From assembly GCA_013265495.1 (NCBI GenBank), contig MU061578.1, forward strand, positions 1,993,308-2,057,307: a DNA stretch of 64,000 nucleotides, given 5' to 3'. The stretch comes from Vicugna vicugna. Lineage: Eukaryota. The notes under the pieces are model-generated. The model had not been told where the DNA came from, ran no database searches, and saw only the letters and a program-made list of their open reading frames with translations. The position numbers and the translations under genes were made by a program. Positions 37,250 through 50,730 of this stretch are shown one piece after another (position 1 is the first letter of the stretch; each line of letters begins with the position of its first letter).

Positions 37250-37495
37250 ATCTGCCATTTGTAGCAGAGCAAACGTACTACACGCCAGGCACCGCGGCGA
37301 GCACTGTGCCCGCAGTATCTCAGTGTGCTCACAGCAATCCACTGAGAGGCACTCACACAGCCCCAGCTCAAGGAGAAACCAGCGAGCACCAGAGAGGGGA
37401 AGCAACCTGCCCAAGGTCACACAGCTGGGTAGGAAGTGGCAGAGTTAGGACTCACACCCTGACAGTCTGGTTTCATAGCCTGTGCTCTTAACTGA
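37250..37495 (-). mobile_element. MIR SINE
   Basis: 'acctgcccaaggtcacacagctgggtaggaagtggcagag...cagtctgg...ctgtgctcttaac'. Confidence 0.8.
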
Positions 37496-38987
37496 TAACG
37501 ATTTACCACTGGAAGCAGGATTTAATAATAGGAGTGGCAACAAAAGCAATAACCCTGTACGTTTACACGATTTCGTCAGGTACCGAGTATTCTCTTACCC
37601 TCTGCGTCACGTGTTCAGAGGAGGAGGACTGAGAAGGAACCAAGCAGCTCTTATCCTCACCCGAAAGATGAGGGCTATGAAGGCTGAAGAAAGACAGGAG
37701 AAGCCAAGACATCCAGATGACTGGTGTGTCACCAACAGGGACGTTCCATCTCAGACTTGGATATTTTTAGCCTTGATTCAAAGTTCTTTCCGGTTTTACT
37801 AAGAGGTCCCTCATTCTCTCGTAATAACTTCCCACTGAAACCACGAGAGCTGCCCCTCCAGTGCCCACTTCCTGGTTGCTGTCCATGAGTCACGTGCACA
37901 TCACAGTCATCCTCTTAAAAGGCATACCTGGTGCGAGCGCTCAGGAGGACCCTGGGTGAGCATTTGTTGACTGACCCAAAGCCATGTGGTCAAAAGTATA
38001 TAACTTCAAGACTTGTTTTAAGAGCAGTTCTCCATAAGAAATCAGCATCTTAAAGGAAGGAGGTGGAGGGCTCCCCACGGGCACCCTAGCCCATGCTTAT
38101 TAATACCGTGCAAATCTGTTGAGTAAGTGGTTGCTGGGACGCAGCGGAGGCGGGGCCACGGTAATGGGGTAAGGTATTCTCACACAGCCTCTAAAATGCA
38201 AGTTCCATAAAGGCAGAAATGTAGGTTTGTGTGTGCAAAAACAGAACCAATCCCTTAGAAATCAATTTGCCTAAGAAACAATTCAGTGAAAATTTAAACC
38301 AGATGACCATTTTACGAAGCGGTAATTTTTGTGAAATAATCAATTCATTGGAAAAGCACTTCCGTGAACAAGAGTATTGCCATGCCTCAGGAGAAACTGC
38401 TGACTGGACGTCTCTAGGGAACTACAATCGAGGTGGTATTTCAGGCGAACGGTGCCCCTGAGCACAGGAAATCCATGTCAGTGGAGCCCCCTGTGATGGT
38501 GCAATGGTATGACCCTGATCGATGTGTTTAAGGTTATACCCTCCTGGTTTGAGACCATGGTTTTCCAAGAGGATAATGTCCTGAATATTTTAAATGTTGG
38601 ATGGAAAGTACCACCAATGCCAAGGATTTCCTAAACGTCGGGTTGGCTCCCCATCTGAAAGCATTTCACAGATTCGCTTTCCTCAGTGAGTGAAGAGTCC
38701 CAGGTGGCTCCTGTGCCCGCCCACATACACTCACACACGTGTGGCTGGTCTCACATGAGCCCCATCGGCCAATCCACCAGAGTGGCCTTTGCTCTCACTG
38801 TGTTTAAGGGAAAGCCCACCCATGGGCTATTAGCAAATGGATCTCCGGTGACCTGGATTTGGTAAACCTGTCATTTGGTGCTGTGATTTCTTTGGAAATT
38901 AAACCAAAAGCACCTTCCTGAACATTGCAGGACATTTGTGGTTTCAGAGAACACCCCTTTAGACTCCTCACTCCAGACATTCTGAGC

Positions 38988-39485
38988 CAGAAGTTAGCAA
39001 CTAACGCAAAAGGCTGCATTCACCCTGACCCTGTATTTTGTTTGGCTCGGAAAGTCCATAAAGATCAAGCCAACATTTAAACACCAGGAGTTCCCCTACT
39101 TCAAAACCTAGTTCTCTGGCTCTTCTTAAGAGTAAGGTGGTATCGGAAGGTGGCGATTCCTCTCAGATGGGGACTGTCATTTCCAGTTCAACACTGACCT
39201 CAACGTTCCAGATCATCTCCCCGATCTTGACACCAGGCGCCGGCTGTGTTTTATCATCACATTTGCCCTGTGGTGTTTCTGATTAGCAGACAGCTATTTC
39301 TCTGAATTCATGTCTCCATGAAAGCAGGAAGATAAAATACAGACCAAGAGAGCTACATATTTTTTAAAGGGCATAATTCTTTGAGAAAGGGAAGAATAGC
39401 CTTATGCAGTTAAATATGCCACCCTGATTTCTAATTTCTGCTACCTGCCTGCCCCATCTAGGCATCGCAGTTGGTGACCGCCCTC
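38988..39485. mobile_element. Non-autonomous hAT-Charlie element (Charlie4/MER102-like)
   Basis: 'ttttgtttggc...tttatcatcac...ctacctgcctgccccatctaggcat...agttggtgacc' resembles this family's termini and body. Confidence 0.6.
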
Positions 39486-39714
39486 CACTCTGAACTTTAG
39501 TACAGCATTTTTTAAAATCGTGCCCCTGAACTGGACAAAGCATTTAAATCAGCTGAGAGCAAACATCAGCCTGTCAGTGAGAATAAACACAAATGTGATA
39601 TGCAAGATGAACTGTTGTTGATGGTCAGTCACTGGCCATGGCCCCCACCTTCCCACCCACACATCATGGGGACAGTGGGATCTGTGGTCAGCAGGATCTC
39701 TGGTTCACTGCCCC

Positions 39715-39845
39715 AGGCTAACTTCAGCAGCCTGTAAGCCCCAGGAGGGCAGGGGCCATATCCGAGTGGCCATCACACGTGCAGCACCAAGCATGGCAGC
39801 TGATAGATACTGCTCCTTAATGAACATTTGCTGAGTGAATGGATA
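39715..39845 (+). mobile_element. L2 3' end
   Basis: 'ctgtaagccccaggagggcagggg...aacatttgctgagtgaatg'. Confidence 0.65.
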
Positions 39846-41194
39846 TGTGAGTTGCAGACACTATGTGATTAAATAAATGAGAAAGACGAGGTCCACAGGA
39901 GTAACATGTTACATCTATTTCCAGTTGCAACGTAGCTCTCTCTCTCTCTCGCGTGCACACATGTTTAACTTCAGTGTGTAAAGCACCTCAGGATGCCTTC
40001 CTGCCTCTACAAATCTGATTCTGGTACATTCAGACCCCTCCAATTCTCCACCTCCAGGGAGGATTTTCCGCTGGATAATCCAATGCAACTGAACAAGGAC
40101 AATTCACTGAACCTGTAGAAAGAGAGTCACATGAGCACCGTTCTTGGGTTCCACCACAGGATACATCGAGCCACACACATGGGCTAAAATAACCCTCCAG
40201 GGTAGGGGAGGCGATTCCAGCTTCACATTAGCAATTTTCAAAAAATGCCGCCAGTACACCTGAATGTGTGAGTTGCCTCTTCTAGCAAATGCGTTTCTGT
40301 CTTCTAGCTCTATTGCCGACACGGTCCTGAACGTCATTCCTCATAAACGCTAGGCCTGGAAGGAAGAAGGGAAAACAAACAGCAAAACCACAAACAAAAA
40401 AATAACCAAACCGCATCAACCTCTTGAAGAACAGCAGAACACAAGCTCAAAAGGGATTACGCGGTGAGGTTACGAGCCTTCCCATTCTCATTTCCCAGTT
40501 CACGGCAATGAGGCGACACTGCTTTTCTCATTTGAGGAATAATAAATAAGCTTGCTCCAGACTGCTCTTTTCATCGCTCACATAGTTAGTATAAACCACA
40601 CTGACCTTTCAAAGATGTGATTTATTTTTCTAACACCTGAAGCAATAAACGCTGGATACGCACGCTCGTACCCGGCTGAGGTGCTGCATCAGCTGCAACC
40701 CAGGGGGTGCCCGCCCGTCTCTGAAATGCCAGCGGAGAGCAAGGGCTGACACGTGATCTGCTGCAAGAGGTGGAACTCCAGGGTCTAAAAGGCATTTACT
40801 CTGAAAGGTATTTAGAGCAGTCATCTCTGTTTTGCTTCTCCCACTAAAAGACACCACAGAGGATTACCGATCCCGGCTTAAGAGACTGTAAGGAAAACTA
40901 ACCGCACTGAGGGCTTCGCCTGCACTGCCAGGCAGGCTCGATGCTGGCTGTCAGTATTGGAAGATGATGCTACCCAGGATTCCTGCACCCTTATTCGTCT
41001 TCTCTTCCCCTCCCCAAGAACTCCTTAGATTACCCCATCTTCGATGTAAGGAGCTTGAAAATGAGCTTAACTATCTACCTGTCTTTCTACACTGAAGTCT
41101 GTGCCCTCGAATCAGTGAGGCAGGGAAGAAAAGGTATACCTCCTTACTTACAGATGGTAGAAGAAATGTAAAGATTTCTCAGGTTGAGTCCTGA

Positions 41195-41360
41195 CACACA
41201 GAACATAAGACTTGCTTTCCTCACCTGTGGAATGGAGATAGCAGTGGTACCTACCTTGCGGGGCTGCGGTGAGGCGTACGTGAGATAGCCCCCACACGCC
41301 AAGTCACCTGCACAGCGCCTGGGGAGCTGCACACGCAGAGGAAGCCGGTTGCTACTGTGT
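41195..41360 (+). mobile_element. MIR 3' half, CpG-enriched
   Basis: 'tttcctcacctgtggaatggagata...gtacctacct...gtgagg'. Confidence 0.75.
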
Positions 41361-41606
41361 GTCCTCTGTTTGAGACAGTTACAGTTAATTCTTGTCCACG
41401 AGGCAAGAGGATAGACTAGACATTCCCTGGATTCCTTCTGAGGTGATGATGATTTCATCATTTAAGGAGAGAAGAGAGAAATCACTTCAACGTAAGACCA
41501 GATGACTCAACTCCATGTGGAACGGACTGGATCATGTGGACTGGACTGGACTGAAGAAGCCACAATCACAAAGGCTTGATTCACGTTCTCAATTAATGTG
41601 TGTTGG

Positions 41607-41630
41607 TGTGTGTGTGTGTGTGTGTGTGTG
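41607..41630. repeat. (TG)12 microsatellite
   Basis: Read directly. Confidence 0.95.
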
Positions 41631-41769
41631 TAATAAGAATTACATCTTTGGCCTATGGCACAAATCTTATTATCTATTTTTCACCCCTCAGATATAGCAA
41701 AGTATGTCCTATCACTGGAAGATACATGCCATAGCTTTGAAAGCAGGGCATTATTCACACGGTGCACAA

Positions 41770-41892
41770 GTATATAGAAGACCCATGAGGACGTGGATTT
41801 TTTTTGTCCATTCTCTTCTGTGCTGTAACTCCAGTGCCCAGCACAGCACCTAGCACAGGGAGAACACTCAACAAATGATGAATGGATGAATA
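41770..41892 (+). mobile_element. L2 3' end
   Basis: 'ccagtgcccagcacagcacctagcaca...cactcaacaaat...tgaatggatgaa'. Confidence 0.8.
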
Positions 41893-42109
41893 TTTTCCTA
41901 CTTTTCTTTTTTTTTAACCTCCTCAGCAAACTGGACCAAAAAAAATGGTTATCTTAGTTCTCAAAGCCAATCAAAGTATATACATCTGTATTGACACTGA
42001 AAAGCATTCATTTAAGTTTGATTTTTTTAAATCATTTTGCCTCAGTGCTTATGATCTGAGTGGCCGTTAAAGTCCATCCAATTCTCAGCATCAGGTAAAT
42101 GGGAATATT

Positions 42110-42602
42110 GGACACAGGGGTACCCACTGTTACTACTCACCCACCTTTTCTCATAATGAAACCCCCTTCGCTCCAGGGGGACATACTAGATATGGGTAGG
42201 GTGGGGACCACCACGCTCTAGCAGGAATTATTGCATGATGCAGACCCAACCATTCAGATTGTACCATGATTGGTTCAGGGATGGACCGCGACTGACACCA
42301 GAGAAGATTTCAGTCCCTCCAGAACTTATTTGCAGAGCTATGTATGGGGCATTGAAATGTCTGTAGGCAGGATTGCTAAATCATCCTGTATAAACACACT
42401 CACTACACACAGAAACTCGGTGCAACTGTGCAAGAAATGAAAAGAAAGGAAGAGGAAGACAGAGACAGAAAGCCAGACCTGACTATACTGGTCAAGTTCC
42501 TGGATCCAGCTGTGCCTGAAGCCAGCATCACCTCCATTTCTATGGTGTTGAACCCAGAGTTTCTATTGGTAGAGGGCAACTGAAAGAACTCCGACAAATA
42601 CA
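42110..42602 (+). mobile_element. ERVL solo LTR (LTR16-like)
   Basis: 'tgattggttcagggatgg...cctggatccagctgtgcctgaagcca...gcaactgaaaga...aaataca'. Confidence 0.7.
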
Positions 42603-43694
42603 AAAATAATATATCTCTTAGGGTTCTATTTCAAATCATTCCAGCCATTTTTAAGTAATTAGTAGAGAAAACAAATAATACAAAAGAGTGAAGTACCTAC
42701 AAGTTTACAATAAAACAGGAATCTAGGAAGCTTATGTATATGTTCTGAATACTTCTCTAAGCGATTACAATTTTTAACATATTTTTGGACTTGATATTTT
42801 TAACCATTTTTAGTTCCAGCACAGAAGTGTATGATATTTTAAAGCAAATGTGTAAGACTGCTTCAGCCAACTGAACATGATAAACATTTTGGGCTGAACG
42901 CTGAAACCAGTATTTATTTTTTCCATTTTCTGACAGCATACACTCGCAAAGAAAAAACAACATCAGTAAGAACTATGGTAACCACTTCCTGGGTTTTTCA
43001 GCTCTAAAATTATGTGTTAAATTAGACAAAGGCAAAGGAAGGTGGTTCCTACAATGATGTCCAGATATTCGGGTGAATTCCATCAGCTCATGAGCATCTG
43101 TTTTCCTGAGATACACATATTCTGAGTGGTTCGTTTTGGCCCTGGAATCTAGTGCAGCAGGTGACATAGGCAGACGAGGGCTCAGATGTTCCTCAACCCT
43201 CCTTCAGACATTAAGAGTCTGATGCCAATTCTGAGGGCTGAGAACACGGGTAAAGACATAATCCAGGCACAGCCTCTGACTCCATGTGACCAATCACAGA
43301 AGGTAACTAAGAAGCATTCTTATGCACATTTTCACAGGAGACTCTCACAGATTTCTAAGTACATCAATTTTTCACTCCGAACTAAAGAGCAGCTGTTTGA
43401 CTGATTTATCAAAAGAAGCATTGATTTCTTTTTATTCAGATAAAACACATTTCATAAAAATTCCTTTCTGCCCCTCATGTGGCAAGGTGACATTTTCCTT
43501 TAGTACACACAAAAATTGGTGATCTCTTCCACTGTAATGACTAAGATAAAAATACTAGGAAAGCAAAATCAAAGGAGCAAGGCAAAAACCTGACAAATAA
43601 TTTTTTGATGTTATGCTTTATTTTGAAAATTAAAGGAAAAAATTTTAACATCTATGCCCAGTCAGATGAATAATTGCAAAGAAATTAGTGCCAA

Positions 43695-44002
43695 TACAAA
43701 TATATATAATATACACTATATATATAATTTGCTTCTAGGTAATAAAATTTCATATAATATATATGTATATATTTAGATTTATAAACTATACATAATTATA
43801 CTAATACATATTTATATTTATAAATACATTTTACACATTATATATGATATATGTATGTAAAATATGTTTATAAATAATTATGTATTTATAATTAATAATT
43901 ATATATTGGTCATAAGTCTATGTTGGTATTATATTAATGTATATATATTAGTTATAAATATATTTATATTTTATACGATTAATAATAAATATATTATATA
44001 CA
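43695..44002. repeat. AT-rich low-complexity tract containing an imperfect palindrome
   Basis: Mostly A/T; arms 43774-43835 and 43856-43920 are reverse-complementary. Confidence 0.85.
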
Positions 44003-47000
44003 ATTGCATTATCTTGAAGCAAACTTCTTAAGAGAACCAGGTTGCAAAAAATGAGCTACAATGCTAACAAAAGGTCAAAATTGTGTTGTACAATTAAGGC
44101 CAAAGATTTCCACAAATTTCCCTCTCCAAAGCCAGCTGCTGCTTTGCATTGATTTGTATTGTTCTGTGTTGATTTATCAGAACTGAGTTTATCTAAAACT
44201 GAAGGTGATTTTGATAAGACTTTATTACAGTGTAGTGTTTGAGTGTGTTCTAAAAACCATGACATGTTTGGCTATATTTAAGTTTACAAATGCCCAAGTC
44301 TGATGAACTATATTAAGTTGTGTTCGCAAACAGCAGGTACTCTCAATTATATGAAGAAAATACTTGTATTTAATGGAATTTTTAAAAAGTCCTCAGTGCC
44401 GAGAGCTAATGGAACTGTAACTTTTAAGTCTCATGCCATGTCTTTCTTGAAATCATTCTTCTGATGGTTTTGGATACTTGGAAGGAACCAGACATAGAAT
44501 ATTTATTCAAAATCCCCCAGTAATGACAGCACCTCTTTCTACAATAGACCTATTGTCTGCTTCTGAAAAGTTTAGTTATGCAAAGTTCTTATATTGTCAC
44601 TATTCAAATCACAGTTTTTAACAAAAAGGAAGGTTTGCTGTAACAATCTGATAAGATTTTTAAAAAATCTTTTCCACTGAATTTGAACTACAAAGTAGAT
44701 TTTCTTATACTCAATTACTTAACATCAGATTATACGCACAGTCTTATAACACTGAAATTTTCCCTAAATTTCTAAAATAACCAAGTTTTAGGGAGATTTA
44801 TGTGACCTTGAAATTCACCAGAGAGAGGATTCCGAAGATCCTTATGAATAAGAAGTGCCAAAACAATTGTGTGTCTTTCTTGTAAGAGATGGAATCTGCT
44901 GGTGGGTCAAGGAATGGCAGGCCTTTCAAGTCAGTCTGATAATTCTTTCTCCCTCCTGCTCTCTTTCCTTCCTTTCTTCTTTATAAGCAAGTTTATGAAG
45001 AACGTGCCTACTATGTGCCAGGCAGGCCCTCTTCTGGGAGACAACTGACTAAGCAGAACATTCACATCCCTGCCCTCCCAGTGGGTGGGAAGGCTGCAGA
45101 CTTCTGGAACCATCCATCCCTAAGCTGCCTGCCAGGTTGCGCGAGACCACAAGTGACCCACGCGAGAGGTCAGACCCAAGGGAAAGCCAGCCTCACGTCC
45201 ATACGGACCACTATTCCCTTCACGGAACTGTGAAGGAAGGAAAAAGTAATGAATCGCCAAAAATCAGAAAGACTGCAAGTAATTACAGCAAACTATGGGA
45301 ATACAAGAAAACTGAAGAAATCTCAGCATGTGGAGAGGAAGACTGTGTTTTCCTTGTACAGTGGATGCAATGGACCTGCTCACCAAAAGGTTAGAAGGAT
45401 AACCATTCACGTTACCGGCATTTACAATCACGAATTTCCCTCACTTGCTAGAACAGTACGTGTACACGTGCTTGTGCGAAGTGTCTTTGAAAGCTCTGTG
45501 TGAACGCTGAAGCGGGCTGGTATATTTAAACATGAACCGTCAATTTCTTAATCCTGAAGAAGTCATTCTGCTCCAGGTAATGAGCTTTTTACTTACTTTT
45601 TTTTTTTCCTTCCTAAGCAAATAAGAGCTCTTCCTTCAACTGGTTTTAATGGATTTAGCCCCGAGCAGTTCACCCTTTGTATACAATCTCTTCTATGGGG
45701 AAAGATTTCTCTAGGGAGGCTGAGGCTATAGCTTCAGGGAAAAGCAAAACTTCTCCCTGATGAAACGGAAAATATGTCTCTCCCAACGTGTTGCCTTCAG
45801 CTAGCTCAGACACAGTATCTCTTATTCAGCTGTGTCATACTCCCACCGCACAGGTAATAGTAGCCTGATTAGTGATTTATTTCCATTTTATTTGCAATGA
45901 AACTTTCCATTCCTACCCAGACATTCACAGGTCCTGTCAGGTTTTTTCACCTCTCTCCGCTCTCACTGTTAACAAAATGAAGCTCTATCGAGATACAGGG
46001 TGTCTTTGAAAAAGCGTTTTGGCTTTAAAGAGCAGAGGCCCCAAAATGAAAAAGTGAGATTAAAAAGGCAGTGTAATGTCTGTGTGTACACTTCTGGCCT
46101 GGAAGCTCTCTAGGCAGGAATCAAAGGTGTCAGGAGTTCTATTTTTAATGTCTTCTTACAGGAGCACCAGGAACTTAGCAATGCACGGGATTTACGACGC
46201 ACTCAATTTTATAACACGAGGGAGAGCGGGGTAGGGAATGACTTTTCTGTCCCATTTCTCATGAATCTCGGGTCACTTGTAAATTGCAGAGCCTGACACA
46301 GCCTCCACCCTCCCTCCTCACCTCCCCCTCCCTCCCCCTCCACCAGGAGGACCACTGCTGATGTTTCCTTTTATAATACAGCATGATGATGAGCCAAGGG
46401 TCAAGCTCAGCCCCTTAAGTCTAAGGCAATTACCTTCTCCTGCAGATAAAGAAAAGCCCCATGTCTCCAGCTCTGGGCGGAGGGTAGCACGAGCAGAGAG
46501 ACTCCAAGAACCATATGGCAGCTTCAGCTTGTATCCTTGACATCACGGCGGGCACCTGGCATAGACCAGGGCTTGGCGCAGTGCACCCACAGTCATTTCT
46601 GGCCGAACACTCATCTATTTCTGGAAACTTACCTGCTCTTTCCGGTTGGCTATCCTGAGAATTTAAATTCTGACATAATGAGTTCCTGCTGTCTAAAATC
46701 ATATGTTCTATTTACATTTTTAGAATAATGCGTTAAGATGGCATCCGTCCCTCACCTGTGCGCTGACCATATCAAAAGATACTGAAGAGCCATGCTGGGT
46801 GGAGTTCTCTTTCTCAGAAGCATCTCCTTTTGCTGCACTGTATCTGAATAAATGCTTTTTCCCTCGTGATGTCTACATTTTCAGCAATGGCTGAGGTTCT
46901 GCAGTCTTAGACACTGGAATGTTTTTAACTTAGTGCTTTCTACATACCCCCTCAACGACCACGTCTAGATCACAGTGCTTAATATCAAAGTGAAGAAGCA

Positions 47001-47114
47001 GGAAAGGAGCCTCATTCCCAGCACACTTCCCGAGTTATCAGCATTAGGAATCCTTCCGTTGACATTGGGAGGCAGCCCGTCATACTGGAGAAACTCTATA
47101 CTTTGGAGAAAGCT

Positions 47115-47285
47115 GAGCTCAAATGCAACCCACTCCCCAGATTAGTAACTTGAATGATTAAGTAAATTACTTCAACAAACTGAGCCTCAGTTTCCTCATC
47201 TGCCGAACGGGGACCTCTATCTCACAGCGTTGTGATATGCATTACAGGAGATGACACGGCCTGGGCCCTAGTAGGTCTACAAAGG
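47115..47285 (+). mobile_element. MIR SINE
   Basis: Core 'ctgagcctcagtttcctcatctg'. Confidence 0.8.
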
Positions 47286-48139
47286 AGGAGCCAGAATTCA
47301 AAGCCAGGTCTTAAGAGTCGCACTACATCAGCTTCCAAAGACGAAGAGAAATGAAGGTTTGGAGGTTCTCGAAAGATGAGAATTTGCGCCTGTGGCTGCT
47401 GACAAAACCTCTGCAGATTTCTGAGCAGGTTAAGAACATGTTGACGTGACAAATGAAGGAGACAAGGCAGACAGGGAGAGGGTGAAAACAGGATGAGCCC
47501 ATCCGGGGCTTTGAAACAATCTGGGTCCACAGTGGAAGCTGGGTGGGGAAGAGACGGTCAAGGTTAAGAAGTATGTGGACCAGCACTGAAACCACGCCCC
47601 CTAGAACCAGGAGAACAGATCCTGGGTGGTGGCTCCCAAACTGCCTGGGCAGCCTTAAGAATCCCATGGGCAGGCTTTTTTTAATTACTATTTTTAGAGA
47701 CAGATATCCAGATTCTTCATGTCTTGGGCTCAGAGGTGTATGTGTGTATGTGTGTGTCATTTACGTAAAATGTCAGGTTTGGAAATGACCGATCAAGGCC
47801 AAAGTCCAGGACTGTATTCTTCAGAAACATACACACAAAGGCCCTACTGAAAATGGTATGTATTCTATCCGACTGAATAGAAAACACAGGAATGGATTTT
47901 CTCATTAGATTGTCCACTGAGAGTCCCACTTCATCAAGTGTACAACCAACGGTAAATTTAACAAAGGTATTGACAAATTCTCAGTAATTCTGCGGAGGTA
48001 GGAGATAGATATGGAAAACTACATGCAGACCTTCTGCACCAGTGCCTGCATGCGGAATGCCCCAGATGTCTCTGTTTATGGAAAGCTACGATACCTAAAA
48101 TTATACACACGGGGGAAGTTATAGATCTGTAATAAACCC

Positions 48140-48275
48140 AGAGCTTAAGATTTTTAAAGAATTTATAGATCATCTATTCCAATCCCCTTTATAATGCAAG
48201 AAGAGCCTTTATAACATCCTGGGAAGAGAAATGACCATGTAGCTGGATGCCTTCAATGATGATGAACTCATTGTT
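48140..48275. mobile_element. Possible L3/CR1 remnant (a second piece may lie at ~49630-49725)
   Basis: 'agatcatctattccaatcccc...acatcc...gaactcattg' resembles the L3 consensus; very degraded. Confidence 0.4.
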
Positions 48276-49149
48276 AATTTGAAGTATTGATCAGAAGGGA
48301 AGTGGATTGTATTGGAGGAAGGAAATGCATTAGGATATGCAACAAAGAAATAAATGTTAGAGGGTTAGAGGTTCGAGTGTCTGTAAAGGTAGAGTCATGT
48401 GGTTACACAGGCTTGGAAATACTGTGGGCTACGTTTGCAGAAATGGAAGGGAATAAATTAGTGGATTCTGAAGGGCAGGTTTTGGCAAATAAGCTATAAA
48501 AATGCTGACATGTTAGGGATGAGAAGGCTGTCAAGTAGCTACGTCCCAGTGCCCACATGGATGGAATCAATCAAAGACACAGTTGGAATTCACCCAAGAG
48601 GGAAGGAGACAACCAGTAAGGAGCGAAAGGGCGAGCCATGCTTTGGTTGCCTGGGTGACAGGACCCCTCTCCTCATGCTGATGGCACTGTAATGAAGACT
48701 ACACTTGGAAATAAAATAAATGATGATATCAGTAGTGGAATAAAAGGTAGTCTTGAGAGCCCCAGTGAGGGGAGGAGTGAGGGTGAAGTTTGGGTGGTGG
48801 TTGTTAGAAGACGTGAATCGGGGAGGAAGCCTAAAACAATACTGATGTAGGATGTCAGAGAAAGACTCATGACAGCAACCCTGGACAGGTAATAAGTCTG
48901 CCACCTCTCCTCCTGACATACTCTGGACCAGAAACCCTAAATTAAATGTTACCAAATCTACATTGCTTGGTCTGTTCTCCAGTTGCCCTGACTATGTGGA
49001 AGGTAGTCTGACCAGCGAGACTCAGTGAAAACTCAGTCTCTTAGTGAGATGGCATTTCTGCTGGTGAATGTGGTGGCCTCTGCCTCAACTGTTTTCTTGT
49101 CTTCTTGCCACTCCAAAGAGATCGGATTTCTCAAGATGGTGTAGGACAG

Positions 49150-49505
49150 TGTGATACTTAACTGTGCGTGTCAACTTGGCTAGGCGATGGTGCCCAATCG
49201 AGACTGGTTGCTGTGAAGGTGTTCTGTAGATGTGGCTGGCATCTATAATCAGTTGACTGTAACTAAGGGAGATCACCTTCCATAATATGGTGGGCCTCAT
49301 CCAATCAGTTGAAGATTTTAAGAGCAAAGACAGGTTTCCTGAAGAAGGAATCCTACCTCAAGACTGTAACACTGAAATCCCGCCTGAGAGTCTAGATAGC
49401 CAGCCTATGGATTTCAGCTCCAAGACTAAAACATCAACTCTTGTCTGAGTTCCCAACCTGACAGTCTGTCCTACAAATGTTAAATTTGCCAGCTCCCACA
49501 ATCAA
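49150..49505 (+). mobile_element. MLT2-type ERVL LTR
   Basis: 'gtgtcaacttggctaggc...ggtgggcctcatccaatcagttgaag...tttcctgaagaaggaat...acatcaactctt'. Confidence 0.9.
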
Positions 49506-49796
49506 ATCTTTCAACAATAGATAAATAGGTGATAGACAGAGATATGTACATTAGATATAGATATGGATATTTAGTACCTATACAGAGAGAGGGAGATTCA
49601 TCTATAATTTATATAAATTATATATTTTTAGAAATTCATTCCTTGGGAGTTGAAATTTGAGCCCTTGTCACTTACACAAATTGACTCTAGTTCTGTGCTC
49701 TGACATTATGAAGCACAAGTTCTATACAGTCTCAACTATTTGAGGAAGTAAGTTTGGTAACTTGGCATACTGGTTTCTTAACCTATCAATTAACTT

Positions 49797-50295
49797 GTAA
49801 TAGGGGGTCCCTGTCCTTCTAAAAGCCCTTCTTCTGGAACTGACCCTATGTCTCCCTCCAAATGGATTAGGCACTAGACCACACTCCTCTGGACCAGTGG
49901 GTTAGACTAGGGGTGACTCCTGGAAAGAGTCAGACTGACCAGGAACTTTCAATGAATGGCTACCTCGACTGTTATCGGTCTTGAGGGCAGGGTGGGATTA
50001 AGATTCAGCATGACCAAGCTGGTCCATGTGACAGACACAGAGAAAAAATCAACAGAGAGAAGATGAAAGTATAGCTCCTAGGGAGCCCCTAAAAGACAGC
50101 ATGACCTAACTCCTCACTGTTTTCATTTCTTCGTGAGTAACTGATTGAACTGTCTCCCCCTGCGTTCTGGGACTGAACTCTGTGTCCTTAGGTTGGGGGA
50201 GATAGCTCTGATAGCTCCGAATCTTTCCAAGGTATTTCTTGTCTTAAGATAATAAGAACGGATTTAAGTTACTTGCAGCCAAATGATGGGTAACA
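49797..50295 (+). mobile_element. Old ERVL LTR (LTR33/LTR16-like)
   Basis: TG start, 'cccttcttctggaactg', end 'gttacttgcagccaaa...taaca'. Confidence 0.5.
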
Positions 50296-50517
50296 TCGAT
50301 GCTGATTCTCTGCTGCCTAGCAACAAAACCACATGGAGGATTTCTGTTTACAATGCCATAAGCAACGCATGGAACAAGCATCAACATACATTGAACTGCT
50401 AACTTACAGGCTGAATTTGAGGAGATACTTTGTAAAAGGTCAAGCTATGGCATTAGAAGGAGGGCAGGTCTTAGGAGGTTCTGGCAGTGAGCTTCGGTCA
50501 ATGGTATAATGACGGCC

Positions 50518-50730
50518 AAAAATAACAGCTAACACTTACAGAACATTCCCCAGGTGCCAGGCATTGTTCTAAGCGTTTTACATCTACTAACTCATTTAAT
50601 TCTCACTTCAGTGCTGTCAGGTATCTGCCATTATTATATCACCGTTTTACAGATGAAGAAACGGGGCACATCCTCTTAGCCGAATTGTGAGTGAGAAGAG
50701 AATTTGAGAGCCCAAATTCAGTTCAGAGCA
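50518..50730 (-). mobile_element. MIR SINE
   Basis: 'aataacagctaacactta...gtgccaggcattgttctaagcgttttaca...ctcatttaattctcac...ttttacagatgaagaaac'. Confidence 0.9.
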
